Source of the DNA: Dendrobates tinctorius
Lineage: Eukaryota
Length of the DNA stretch: 64,000 bases
Reading direction: 5' to 3'
NCBI RefSeq assembly: GCF_039654945.1
Contig: NW_027361797.1
Span: 22,568,001-22,632,000, forward strand
Position numbers and translations under genes: made by a program. Positions 51,887-64,000 of this stretch are shown here, piece by piece. Under the pieces are notes generated by a model, which saw only the letters and a program-made list of their open reading frames with translations, ran no database searches and was not told the DNA's origin. Within the stretch, counting starts at the first letter, position 1. Each line of letters begins with the position of its first letter.

Positions 51887-53359
51887 GGCTATGTGCCCAC
51901 GTAACGTTTTAAACCGGACACTCAAAACCGGACTCCTTCCCAGAAAACACACGTTTTTTTCAGTGTGATTTTACCTCTATTATGTTCGCGTTTTTGCTGC
52001 GATTTTCGCGTGCGAAATTCAAGCACTTTCCAAGCGATTTGAAGCATCGCTTGGAAAGTGATTGACAGGTTGGTCACACTCGTCAAACAGAGTGTTTGAC
52101 AAGTGTGACCAGCATTTTACTATTGAGGCTGCATATGCGGCATCAATAGTAAGATAGAATAAAAATTAAAAAAATCAGGGTATATTTACCTTCCGACGTC
52201 CCGCGGAGCCTCAGCGACGCTCCCGTTCCCAGCGATGCCTTGCGAGACCTGTGATGACGTTGGTCTCGCGTTGCTATAGTGATCTTACGAGACCGCTAGA
52301 GTAACGCGAGACTACATCATCACAGGTCATTGCCACAAGGCATTACTGGGAACGCTGAGGCCCGGGAAGGCTGTGCGTGACGCCGGAAGGTAAATATACC
52401 CCGATTTTTTTATTCTTTTTTTTTTTACATGGGCTGTGTGCCCACGATGCGATTTTTATTTATTTATTTTTTTTATAAAAGCGTTTTTGCCGCGATTTTC
52501 GGTGAGAAAACGTTTAAAAAAACTCGTACAGGACGCACCCCATGCATTCCTATGGCATGCTGCACATGCTGTGCTAATGCTGCGCTTTTTTCTGCGGTGG
52601 AATCGCATAGCGGAAAAAAACGCAGCATGCTCATTCTTTTTGCGGAATCGCAAAGAATTGCTGCGATTCCGCACCCATAGGAATGCATGAGAACCGCTTA
52701 CCTCCCGCATGTGGCTATGCCCACCATGCGCAAAGTTAAGCGTCTCATGTGCGAATGGTACCCACAGTGTGGAGGAGAGGAGACTGTCCTCCAGGCCCTG
52801 GGTACCATACCCCTGTAAAAAAAAAGAATAAAAAATAAAAAAATCGGGGTATATTTACCTTCCGGCGTCACGCACAGCCTTCCCGGGCCTCAGCGTTCCC
52901 AGTAATGCCTTGCGGCAAGGACCTGTGATGACGTAGTCTCGCGTTACTCTTAACGGTCTCGTGAGATCGCTATAGCAATGCGAGACCAACGGCATCGCTG
53001 GGAACGGGAGCGTCGCTGAGGCTGCGCGGGACCTCGGAAGGTAAATATACCCCGATATTTTTATTTTTGTATCATTTTTAACATTCTATCTTTTACTATT
53101 GATGCCGCATAGACAGCCTCAATAGTAAAAAGCTGGTCACACTTGTCAAACACTATGTTTGACGAGTGTGACCAACCTGTCAATCGCTTTCCAAGCGATG
53201 CATCAAATCGCTTGGAAAGTGCTTGAATTTCGCACGCGAAAATCTCGGCAAAAGCGCCAACATAATCGCGGTAAAATCGCGCGGGCAAAAAACGCGCGTT
53301 TTCTGGGAAGGAGTCCGGTTTTGAGTGTCCGGTTTAAAACGCTACGTGGGCGCACAGCC
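51887..53359. mobile_element. Composite fold-back Harbinger-like MITE (~540 bp arms)
   Basis: TAA on both outer sides; 51887-52430 is the inverted copy of 52813-53359; a third TIR-like start GGCTGTGTGCCCACG lies at 52432. Confidence 0.88.
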
Positions 53360-53694
53360 TAATACTGATGATTTATTTTTAGGTTAGGATATCAGATTAC
53401 TGGGGTCTGATTCCCAACATCCCCAATAGAACAGATTGAAGGTGCTGCAGTGAACTGGAACAGTGCCTTGTAGTGTCTGTAAGTGGTACTACAAGCTCTC
53501 TCCAGTGCTATGCCAATTCCATTGCGCTGTAGCTTTTTTTAAATCTGATAATCATGGAAGTTGTTTGGAGTTGGACCCCTATCGATCGGATGTTGATGAT
53601 CTTTCCCAAGGATAAGTCATCAATTTAAAGCCTCAAATGATACCTTTTAAGGGTTTAATGTAAAGTAATCATAGTGAGATTAAAAATAATTATG

Positions 53695-53963
53695 ATTTAA
53701 CAAAATAGAACAGCTGGTCGGCATCGCTATCACAGCTCACACCTCCATGCTGGTTACTGTGCAGGAGCTGCAGTCAGCAACTAACCCGAAACCCGCAGGT
53801 GCTATTCATATGAAGAAACATGTCCATGAAGCAAACCACAAGAAAAGATGAATGGCACTCACCGGGTAAAAATTCAAGCCTTTATTGGAGCATCTTCAGC
53901 GGGAGCTAGGGAGCGGGAGTGGCGACGATCGTTTTGCGCAAGTTGCGCTTCCACGGTGACCCG
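53695..53963 (-). mobile_element. Short PLE-type insertion with a degenerate hammerhead-like motif
   Basis: 15-bp TSD TTAAAAATAATTATG (53680-53694 and 53964-53978). Minus strand has CCGTGGAA-GCGCA(ACT)TGCGC-AAA-ACGATCGT-C, then AATAAA and a GGTGAGT donor-like site. Confidence 0.72.
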
Positions 53964-54872
53964 TTAAAAATAATTATGGCTAATTTACAAGGAACTCTAT
54001 GACACATGCACATGCTATTTTCTGTGTATTTTATTCATGCTGAATATACTTGTATACTCTAAGCCTGCTTATTTCCACATAAGCCTGTAAGGATGCTGAG
54101 ATATTTTCAGCTAATTTCATTCACAAATTAATATGTAAGATTTGAGGGTTGAAGTTTTCCACCGTAAAGAAATAGTCTACTGAAAGTCTCCCGGATCTGT
54201 AATTCCTTTATTATAGTTTGTAGTATGGTTAGGTGAGCACTTTCAGTGATTGAAATTGTGACTGCAGATCTTTCAAGTGGACAAAAAAAGTCATTCTGAG
54301 ATCCACAAAATGTTGTGTGCAACCTTAGAAGACTTACAGTTCGTCCTCCAGAGATACGTCAGTCATTCAACCAATGCATGAAGCATTCATAATCCATTAT
54401 CTGTATTGGTCAGAATTGTATTAGATGTTCTCAGGTCCTTATTTAGACCGGTACTACAAAGCAATGTGTAGTTCTTGATGTTGCATCTAACATCACATTC
54501 ATGCCTTGTGACTTCTGACCTACCAATACCGCTGCCAAAAATTGACCTTTGTTGCATGTTTGGTCATAGGCTGCAAGTTGTTCACCATAGAATTAATTGA
54601 AAGCGCATTGGAACCTCTAGCAGCAAATGTCAGGTCTGAAATGGATAAGAAATGTCAAGTTATACAAATATTTTTGTCACAATATTTGCCCAACATATGT
54701 ATCTTTGTAGCCCTGGCCTTGTGATGTAGCATGAAAACGATAACTCTCTAATTTCGACCTGGTGCTTTACCGTGTGATCCTATGCTTCAAATCTGAACAT
54801 TTCTGTATCTATAGAGTAATATAATAATAAGAACACCATTTTCTCATATAATATCTTTTTCTTCAATTTCAG

Positions 54873-54993
54873 GCCATTAGAGTCTTTTTTATGTTAAGGG
54901 CGGCATCACTGCAATTGCGGAAAGAGCCGGAGACTCAGCTTCCTTTGACCCGGGAGGAGGACCTGATAAAGACAGATGATGTACTTGATCTCA
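54873..54993 (+). CDS. CLEC16A: CLEC16A coding exon (about exon 19): AIRVFFMLRAASLQLRKEPETQLPLTREEDLIKTDDVLDL(N)
   Basis: tttcAG / GTgagt; 121 bp, phase 0 to 1. Confidence 0.97.
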
Positions 54994-57427
54994 GTGAGTA
55001 CCATAAAATGAATATTCTTTTGGAGATCCACATGGAGTTCTTAATCACTTTTTGGAAATGACGCCTTAGTAAATAATTGGAAGGGGGATTGAATTTTATA
55101 AACCTACTATTTACAGATTTCCAAGAATTGCATTCATATTCCTCATAATTTCATTCTCACAATTAACATATTTTAAAAACAGACTTAACAGTAATTAATT
55201 GTGTAGAACTATATAATGTACTTACACGCACAGCTTATAAGTTCCAGTATAGCGTGTGCACGCACCTCCCTTTCCATGGTCTCTATTTCTACAGTAACTA
55301 TTGGCTAACATACTTTCTCAGGGAACAGCCTGAGCCGTGACCTATAGTAGGAAGTTTATGGAGTCTTTCTAGATGGCTTTCTTCCTTTAAGTAACCGAAC
55401 TTGCAAAGTGCTTACAAGTTCTTCTCGAAAGTTGGCCAGATCATTTGAGCCAGCCATATTCTGTGACTTTGTGCTGCTCTTATGCTGCCTCTACAACCCT
55501 CATCGGAGAGAGCACAGTAGGGGTCATTCGTGCACTGGCGTGATTTGTCAATCATCAGGTGTGCACCACCCGCAACAAATAGCAAACTTGGAGGCTGGGG
55601 CATGGTGCACTCCTGACCAAAGATCTTGAGACAACCCCTTTAATGGGGTTTTCCTTAACTTAGGAAAAGTCATGAACATTAGACCTGCACAGCTTTGAAT
55701 GCACCTTTACCTATCAGCTGATTGAAGGGACTGCAGAGCACGTGAATTCTGTTGCAGCACTATCCCATAAAAGTAAATGAGAAAGGGCTTACTACTCTTT
55801 ATGGCACAACACAATGTATAGAACTGTGCCTCTTCTCATGTGCTATGGCCTCTACAATCAGCTGATTGGTAGGGGTGCCGTAGGCTGTATTTGTCTTTAA
55901 GATTTAAAGTCACCCTTTAAAGGTCATCTGACATTATAATCAACATTCCTAAGCTGTCTATATGTGAATGCAAATCATAGAAAGTTTGAATAAATTGATA
56001 CTTGATATCCGTAATCAGATGTCTTATTCCACAGAAATATGTTTTTCTTAATATGTAAATGAGCTTTTAAGATCTATGGTAGGGACACAGATCTCCCTGA
56101 AAATCTGCTTCTATGGCTTATTTTAAATGAAAGAGGGAGTTACCAGTGTGAGACTGAATAGTCAGTGACCTGCACAAGAAGCAGAGGAGGCTGGTGGTGG
56201 GGGGCGGAGAACCAGAAGAAAGACCCTGCCCCCATGCCCTGCACCGAAGCACACAAGACTTAATTTTCTGAAAACTTTATAAGGTGAGTATTCAGCAGCC
56301 ACTGAGCGGGATCCCTTCACATCAGGTATCATATTAATCAGCATCACAGCACCATGGAATTCATGCGTTTATTTCATAGGGTGAAATCCTGCTAACGGCT
56401 TCTCTTTAAGGGAATTGTGAAATGTAGACAGATACTACAACTCCGATAGTCTTTATTGGAGAGAGTTACATGTGTGCAGTGTCTCCTCTCTATAGTACTG
56501 ATTCAGGGAGAAGAGCACCCCAATTCTCCAGATATGTGGGAGTCCAGGTAGTAGAACATGCATCTCTTAGACAATTATGGTGTATTCTTTTGATATACCA
56601 TAAATCTCTCCCAAGATTAGACTTCTCTTTATTGTGCCTCTTGCAATTGTTGAATACGACTATATGGCTCTCGTACCAAAAAAAGTTGTGTTCCCCTGCC
56701 CTAAGCTTTCTAGAAGAGAACAATATGCTCAACACAAAAATGGAAACTGTTACTTTTTATTTATGTATTATTGTTCTAACCATATATAATTCTATTTACA
56801 CCAAGCCAATATATAAAGGGACTTAGTGGCCAGTAACTGTAAAAAAAAAAAAAAAAGTGAAGCAACGGCCGCAGATGACTTTGAAGCTTTTCTTTAGAAG
56901 CAGAAGCCTTTGAGGGATGTAGTTCTTGAGAATTTTGTACATCCAATATATGTAATGTTCTTTTTGACAATAGGAATTCATATATTTCTACAATAATCTT
57001 TTATAATTTATATTTAATATTATTAACATAGAGTAGATATTTGTTGGACCACTCTTTATAGAAGAATAAAGGGTCCAAGAGCCAGCATTTACAGTGACCA
57101 GATTACTACTATTTCCCATCCGCCACACTGGCGCAGCAATAGCCCTGTTATGTCTGAAGAATGAGAGCATATTATAGTGGTGCTCGGACATGTCATGTTT
57201 TTTTTAGCTCTGATATATTGATGCTGTAATTTAGGGCTTTGTTCACTCCAGATCCTTGGCTTCTGCTTGCAGCTCAGCCATGACAGATACGCTCTTCCCT
57301 TCTTGGAACAGAATTAGTTGCATCCTGACAAACTCTATTTACTTATAAAGGAGTCCTTTACATTTTCTCCGGGGTCACAATATTTTCTAGGGGTTTCCTT
57401 AAAAGGAAAATAAAAAAATTAACTCAT

Positions 57428-57789
57428 GTAAACAGTAAGTGCTAGTAAAAAGATAACAAAACAGGGTATTTGGTGTTTTTTTTTTGCAAAAAATGTATAC
57501 TAAGCCGTTTGTTTTTGCAAGATTGGGGAGGTCTCCACCCCTCCCTTATGGGCCATGCACACATAAGCCCTCTGCCACAGCGTGTCCACATCGGACATTA
57601 CCTTTCTGAATCCTGCTCATATAGGTACTATACACATGATCAGGTTTTTAAATACATTGGTTAGGGACTGCTCTGATATGGGTATACCTTGACGTTTGGT
57701 AGAGCGGCTTAGTATACATTTTTTGCAAAAAAAGTATCAACCAAATACCCTGTTTTGTTATAATCTTTTTACTAGCACTTGCTGTTTAC
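57428..57789. repeat. Inverted repeat (~80 bp arms), probably an older PLE-type fold-back
   Basis: 57428-57507 is complementary to 57705-57789; no clear TSD. Confidence 0.6.
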
Positions 57790-57868
57790 TATTACTTTTT
57801 AACCACAGAGTATTTTCATACGTTTGTTTTACTGTGTTTTCCTGTGTTTCAACTTCAGGAACTGTTAA

Positions 57869-58112
57869 GGCCTGTTTCACACTTCCGTTTTTGTGTCCGC
57901 CAAACGGATCCGTTTCCGTTTTTTTGACGGAAACTGATGCAGACGGATCCGTTTTTAAAAAACGGATCCGTTTTTTTGACGGATCCGCGGTAATCACTAA
58001 TGGAAGTCTATGGGACAAAAAAACGGATCCTGCAAAAAAATGGCGGATCCGTTTTTTTACGGAAACCAACGGATTTTGACGGATTTGAAAAAACGGAAGT
58101 GTGAAACAGGCC
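57869..58112. mobile_element. PIF/Harbinger-like MITE (244 bp)
   Basis: TAA TSD; perfect TIR GGCCTGTTTCACACTTCCGTTTTT; repeated ACGGATCCGT motifs. Confidence 0.92.
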
Positions 58113-59489
58113 TAACACTCCTGCGCCAGCACCTAACCCAGATATTGGTTTCTACAAATACTATATGACATGATTACACTGGGACACAGCGCCACGTGGT
58201 GCTGGAGGATTGTGGACCACACCTGTGTAATGCCCAATTCATCCACAATTCTGGATTTTAGCACAAATTTTGTGATTCTCATGATTATAAACTTTCAAAA
58301 AGTAAGATTATATAATGAGATTTTAGCCCAACTATTATTTTAGTTTAATGTGGATGAAAAAAAAAAAAATTTTAAGGAGCAAAATGTGTATTGCTGAAAT
58401 GTGTGCTATTGTTTGTTCAAGTAACATTTAGGCACTACTGGCATCTGTCTAGGAGGTTCTTCCATTTTTTACTGAAAGAAATAACGCAATATTCAGCACT
58501 AATTTTTTGGGGGGTTAATTGATGAAGATTTTTGCAGAATCCAGACTGAGTCTGTTGTAGTCAGTGGGGTCTGGTGTTCGCTGTTCCTGTCCAACAGGAT
58601 TGACTGATCCATTGCAGGAATTACGTTTTTCTATTCAAGAGGGCTTGTTCAGATAAATCTGTTTTATGTCTGTGTGCTGCTCACATGAGCATTGAGGTCG
58701 GGTTTCGGACGAAACTCAGACTTTTTTTTGCCCTAGTCGGACCAGTTTCATCTGAAACAAATTTTGTTTCATGAAACCCGATCCGACCAAAGTCGCTCAA
58801 CTCTACTTTTAACTGTTTAAGTGTTGATCGGTAAAACGGATGCTTTGCAGATTTTTAAAAAACTGACACGTAGCACCATATGGATAAAAAAAGTTTTTTT
58901 TTGTTTTTTTTTAGTACATAAAAACTGATGTTTTTACATGCACTTCTCTGATCTTGCTCTAAAAAAAAATCCTTTATTTGAAACCCATGTGAACAATTGT
59001 AAGGAATAGTCAGAACATAACATCTAAAAAAGTCTCCCATGTAATTACTTTCCACTCCTTCGGTGCCCCAGCATTGTATCTTTGGTCCTTTAATCAGTCT
59101 TGCTGTTGCAGTTACATGCAGTATACTCAACTTCTTTGCTCCAGGCAGGTGAACAGAAGTCCATTGGGAGGACTAGAGACACAATTTATTATGCAGGCGT
59201 AATTAAGTGTAATGACTTTACTCAAGTTGAGAATTGAGTCACACAACAGAGAGGCTGTCAGTCAAGCAGGAGGTGGCGGCTCTGGGCAGAGAATTGAGCT
59301 AGAGTGACAGACACTTAAGATCTACAAATAGATCTTCAGCCACATTTGCAAATCAATTCAAATGCTGATTTCTCAGTAACAGTAGACCAGACGGCCATGT
59401 AAAGGTATTGTTGGACTTGTCTTTAAAAGGGCTACATGTGCATATAAATAGTTTTGGGGAGGAATCGTACTGACAGATTCCCTTTTTAA

Positions 59490-60605
59490 AGGGAATCTGT
59501 CACCCCCTTTTTGAGATATCATATAATGATATCATTCAATTGAGTGTCACATAAGGATTCTCTTAGTACTTTTGCTTCCCCCTGACCCCGCACCTTTCAT
59601 GCATAAATACCATTTTTATATCGGTTCAGATGTATGTAAACTGCCACGGTCTGGTCCAATGGGCGGGGCTCATTCAACTGCTCTCCCCCCCGTCTTGCTC
59701 TACACAAGAAGAAATGCATAGAGCTGTCATGGTTAGGACATGGTTAATGTCCTGTTCTCACAGGGTTAACTTTTGCCGGCCTCTCTTGGGTCTAGGAGGG
59801 GTATTAATACTCACTCCAGACTAGCAGTCTCTGTCAGCTATACTGTTATTTTGGCTGTGTGCCTGACCGACCCCCCTGGTGTGCGTGTACTGCATTGCTT
59901 GTTTGATTCCCGTGTATGACCCGGCCTGTCCCCTCACTCTGAACTCCGTCTCACGTTTTAGGTACTATTGTCTTCTCTGGTTCTGACCTCCTGGCTTGGC
60001 TATTGTTACTCCGCTACTGGTTGCCCCTATTGTACCGTCTATTGCCCGTTCTGGTTTTCTGATCTAATGCTACGTCCTGACTATCCGCTCTGTCTAACCC
60101 TTTGGTACTGTCCTGCTATCTCGTGCATTGACCCCGGCTTGATCTGGTTTCCGCCCCTGTCTATGCCCCTTGGTAACCTGTCCCGTAGTTACCTTTCTAG
60201 GAGTTTCCCTGCAGCTCCTAGCTCTGTGGAGCTTAGGCCACGCCCCCAGCAGTCATGTGCTTCAGGTCCTGATAGTTTGAAGCACGCATGGTCACCGCTG
60301 CTGCCCTGCTCCACAGGTATCTTTGAGCACAGTTTTTGTACTCAGGACATGCGCACTGGCTCAGTGAGCGAGTGTAGTGCGGTGTTCCTGACAAGAGCAA
60401 GACAGGGAGGGTTGAGCAGTTGAATAACCCCGCCCAGCGGACTGGACAGCAGCAGTTTACATACATCTGAACCGATATAAAAAGGTATTTATGCATGAAA
60501 GGTGCGGGGTCAGGGGGAAGCAAAAGTACTAAGAGAATTCTTATGTGACACACAATTGAATGATATCATTATATGATATCTCAAAAAAGGGGTGACAGAT
60601 TCCCT
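59490..60605. mobile_element. TTAA-type MITE with ~210 bp near-perfect arms and an LTR-like insert from about 59725
   Basis: TTAA-AGGGAATCTGTCACCCC...GGGGTGACAGATTCCCT-TTAA; the central pyrimidine-rich segment starts TGTCATGG. Confidence 0.82.
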
Positions 60606-61515
60606 TTAAATGTTTCAATGTATTATTTTATATGCAGGAGTTGAGCATGAAGAGCTTGTAAATTATTTTTTGTGCATAGCATGTCCATAGTCATGAGTTA
60701 ACTGGCACTACCTTCATTACTGCCATGTTTAATCACATTACACTGTGCCTCTTTTATGAAGAATTTTTGGGTTAATTGGGGATTCAAAGTCATAACATAT
60801 TACCAAGGAGCCAGGCAGCAGCATATTTCTAAGCAGGACTCTGAACATGACATATTTCCAGTGTATCCCATTATATTGTTCTCATGTATTTTTATTCTGG
60901 CTGCCACCACTTCTACCCAAGAACTTGAACTCTGTTCTTCATTTTACACTGGTATTACTATATTCACATAATATACTTTGCACCATTGGAAGAAATTTTT
61001 GGACATTTTTGGTTTGAAAGGCTTCTTGTTACTGCTCCCATGAAAGAATGGAAATGAGTAATAAAAAAACAAGAGCTCTTAATATAGAAAACAGTAAATA
61101 CCACTTTGAGTAGAATGGAGAAATCAAAGTGTAAACATTTCTATAAGAGCATGATCAAATTTTCCATATGACGCCTATGCTAAGAAAAATCTATGCAAAA
61201 TTTACAGTACAGGACCCCATTTGTGTTGCAAAGGCACATTTTGGGTTCTCAAATCTACTACTTACCCGATGTGTAGGATTTGATGCAATTAGTCAAAATC
61301 AGTTTCACCGTTTTGCAATGCTTCACAATATTTTGGGTACATTTTCTCCAGACATATCTGCATGTGACATAAAGGAGATGTTTCGTCGCTTTGTATTTCG
61401 TGCTTACCAGGTGCACAACCACTGTTGTAAATGCGGCTGTTGCAAAATGTCGCAAATGATACAAAAATAATCCAAGCACACACTCACGTGTGTGTCAGAA
61501 GTATGTGAAACTTTA

Positions 61516-61698
61516 GGGCTCATGCAGACGTCCATGCAAATCATACGGTCTGCAATGCTCGAACTAGCCGTGGGTCTCCTAATCCAAGTGTGACAGCCTC
61601 ATATATGAAGCTGTCATGCTTCGGTAGGGAGACCTGTGGCCTGTCCTTGTATTGTGGTCTGTGTTCAGACCATGATCCACGGACATCTGCATGAGCCC
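61516..61698. mobile_element. Small Harbinger-like MITE
   Basis: TIR GGGCTCATGCAGACGTCC / GGACATCTGCATGAGCCC with TTA/TGA flanks. Confidence 0.75.
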
Positions 61699-61699
61699 T

Positions 61700-62980
61700 G
61701 ACGATTAACAGATAGTTTGAAGGTGAAATTAAAGTCTGGTGTTTTTCAATCAATGGGATAGTATGAGTAGGTGACCTGTTTTGTTCAAAGTCTGAGACTT
61801 TTAAAGGAGATGTTCAAAAGATATTTCCGAGGACCTCAGAAGAGTTGTTGATGCTTACAAGAGTTACAAAACTATCTGAGTTTGGACTCAATCCTCAGTC
61901 AGTCAAATTGTGTACAGATAGAAGAAATTCAAGACATTATTACACGTCCCAGTAGTGGTCTACCAACAAAGAGAACACCAAGAGCAAAGCTTATAATAGT
62001 CCAAGAGGTCACTAAGGAACCCAACGTATCCTCTAAGTGAATAAAGGCCTCTCTGACAGTAACTAATTTTAATATTTGTGAGTCCACCATCAGAATGACA
62101 CTGAACAACCTTGGTGATCATATCAGGATTGCAAGGTGAAAGTTACTGCTCTCCAAAAAGAACATTGCTGCCCGTTTCCACAAGAAGCCAGAAGTAACCA
62201 TGTTTTGTGGATACACCACAAATAAAGTTTTTTTTTGTTTTTAATAAAAATCTTTCTTTTTTTGAGAAGGAACAGTACTGTAATATAACATAAAAAACTC
62301 CTACCATCTGTGAAACTCAGTGGTGATTGTAGTATCATGGTTTGACCTGTTTTACTACATCTGGGCCTGGACAGCTTGAAGTAGTTTATGGGACAATGAT
62401 TTCTGAATCTTAACATCAAATTCTAAAGGAAACTTTAAGGACATTTGCTTATGAGTTGAATCTCAAGAGAACGTGGGTCATGCAAGTCCATTCTATAAAA
62501 AAAAAATGGTTAAAGATGAATAAAGTTAGTTTTGGAACAGGCCAAGTCAAAGTCCTGAAGAAAGAAAATAAAGTAGAAATCTTGTGGAAGAAACTGAAGA
62601 GGGTAGTCCATGGGAGAAAACTAAACAACATAACAGAGTTGAAGCTGTTTTGTAGGGAGGAATGGGCTAAAATTCCTCTAAGCCGTTGTGCAGACCTTAT
62701 CAACAATAGTTACCGTAAATGTTTGGGTGTCGATTCTGCTGCACAGGGATGTCACAGCGGTTACTAAAAGTAAAGGTTCACATACTTTTGCAATCCATAG
62801 ACATATAAGGGATAATTTTCCTTATGTAAAAAATGGCAGTATTATTTTTGACTCATTTGTTTCATTTGGTGGTCATGATCCGCTTTTAGGACTTGATTGA
62901 AAATCTGATGTAGTTTTAGGTCAGATTTATGCAGTTGCATGGATAATGCTCAAGGGATCACACACCTTCAGGCAGCACTG
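61700..62980 (+). mobile_element. Degenerate Tc1 element
   Basis: ORF 62456..62767 VEILWKKLKRVVHGRK..NITELKLFCREEWAKIP..RC..LI..YRKCL; the right end is ...GCAGCACTG. Confidence 0.8.
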
Positions 62981-63209
62981 TTGCTTTTATTGTTTATCTA
63001 TTAGTTTATTTTTAACTAATCGCGAGCCCCTTTTAAATATGTTTTTACCCTGGTAACTGGAGCAGACAATGGATTACATTTAATACCAGGTATGAGCTTT
63101 GCTGTATATCGAAGAAGGAAACAAAAACCGAATGCAAGAGTCTATGATAGAAAAAGGTATAACTTTATTCATTACATAGATAAAAAAATTGGATGGGGTG
63201 GCAAAAATT

Positions 63210-64000
63210 AACCAGATGGAAAGCGAACCTAATATCCAGGAACAATTACATGGTATAAATTGAATACATATACGATACGTAGAATAATAGTGGTAGAAAT
63301 GCAGTTACAATGATAAGGCAAATGAAGATGCAATCAAATAAAAATGGATATACCTAAGCATAAAGTGCTTAGGTGCATAACAGTGGCTAATTAGCTCAAA
63401 TGTCTAGATGTAAAATTGCTAACAGGCGGTATAGTGTCAAACTTGTAAGGTGTATTTAGTTGTATAATATACCACAGGTAAGTGAGATAGTAAGTAAGAG
63501 AAATAAGCATATCTATGCAGACGCCAAAACGCGCATCGGGGTGGATATATCCAGGGACATTTATATCTGTATCCACACACAGGTAATGTAACAACAATTA
63601 CATCTATCCCTAGCATGTTTGTATCTTTATATGTGTCCTCCATACACCACTTGGTGATAGATAAAACACATACATGTGCACCATATATTTGATATCTAGT
63701 GTATGCACATGCACTTTACTTACTGTCTATCTTACTTACCTGTGGTATACTATACAACTAGATGCACCTTACAAGTTCGTCACTATACTGCCTGTTAGCA
63801 ATTTTACATCTAGGTATTTGAGCCAATTAGCCACTGTTATGCATCTACGTACTTTATGCTTATATCTATTTTTTATGCGACTGCATCTTCATTTGCCTTA
63901 TCATTGTAATTGCATTTCTACCACTATTATTCCATGTATATGTATTCAGTTTATGCCATGTAATTGTTCCTACATATTAGGTCCGCTTTCCATCTGGTAA
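63210..64000. repeat. Large imperfect inverted repeat (~290 bp arms), probable PLE-type fold-back running off the window
   Basis: 63210-63500 is complementary to 63720-64000; the loop contains AAAACGCGCATCGGGG, resembling a hammerhead 3' half. Confidence 0.7.

Overview
Eukaryotic (vertebrate, very probably anuran/frog, judged from the repeat landscape) genomic DNA. The only host gene is an internal part of CLEC16A on the + strand: eight coding exons (7163-54993) with canonical AG/GT boundaries that splice into one open frame and match, from memory, human exons 12-19. The introns are packed with transposable elements. These include a frameshifted L1 ORF2/3' end, L2 and V-SINE fragments, and several Tc1 elements, one nearly intact but split by a full-length DIRS retrotransposon. 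There are also a deleted DIRS, a solo LTR, piggyBac-like, Kolobok/T2-like (TTAA) and PIF/Harbinger-like (TWA) MITEs, and a five-level nested TE stack at 38.7-46.2 kb. The most notable pattern is a set of at least five sequence-unrelated Penelope-like (PLE) insertions. Each has a 13-16 bp target-site duplication and a minimal hammerhead-ribozyme-like motif with a palindromic stem III; four of them are fold-back hairpins with an unpaired 3' tail. No prokaryotic features, CRISPR arrays, rRNA or true tRNA genes were found. All calls are by eye, without database searches.
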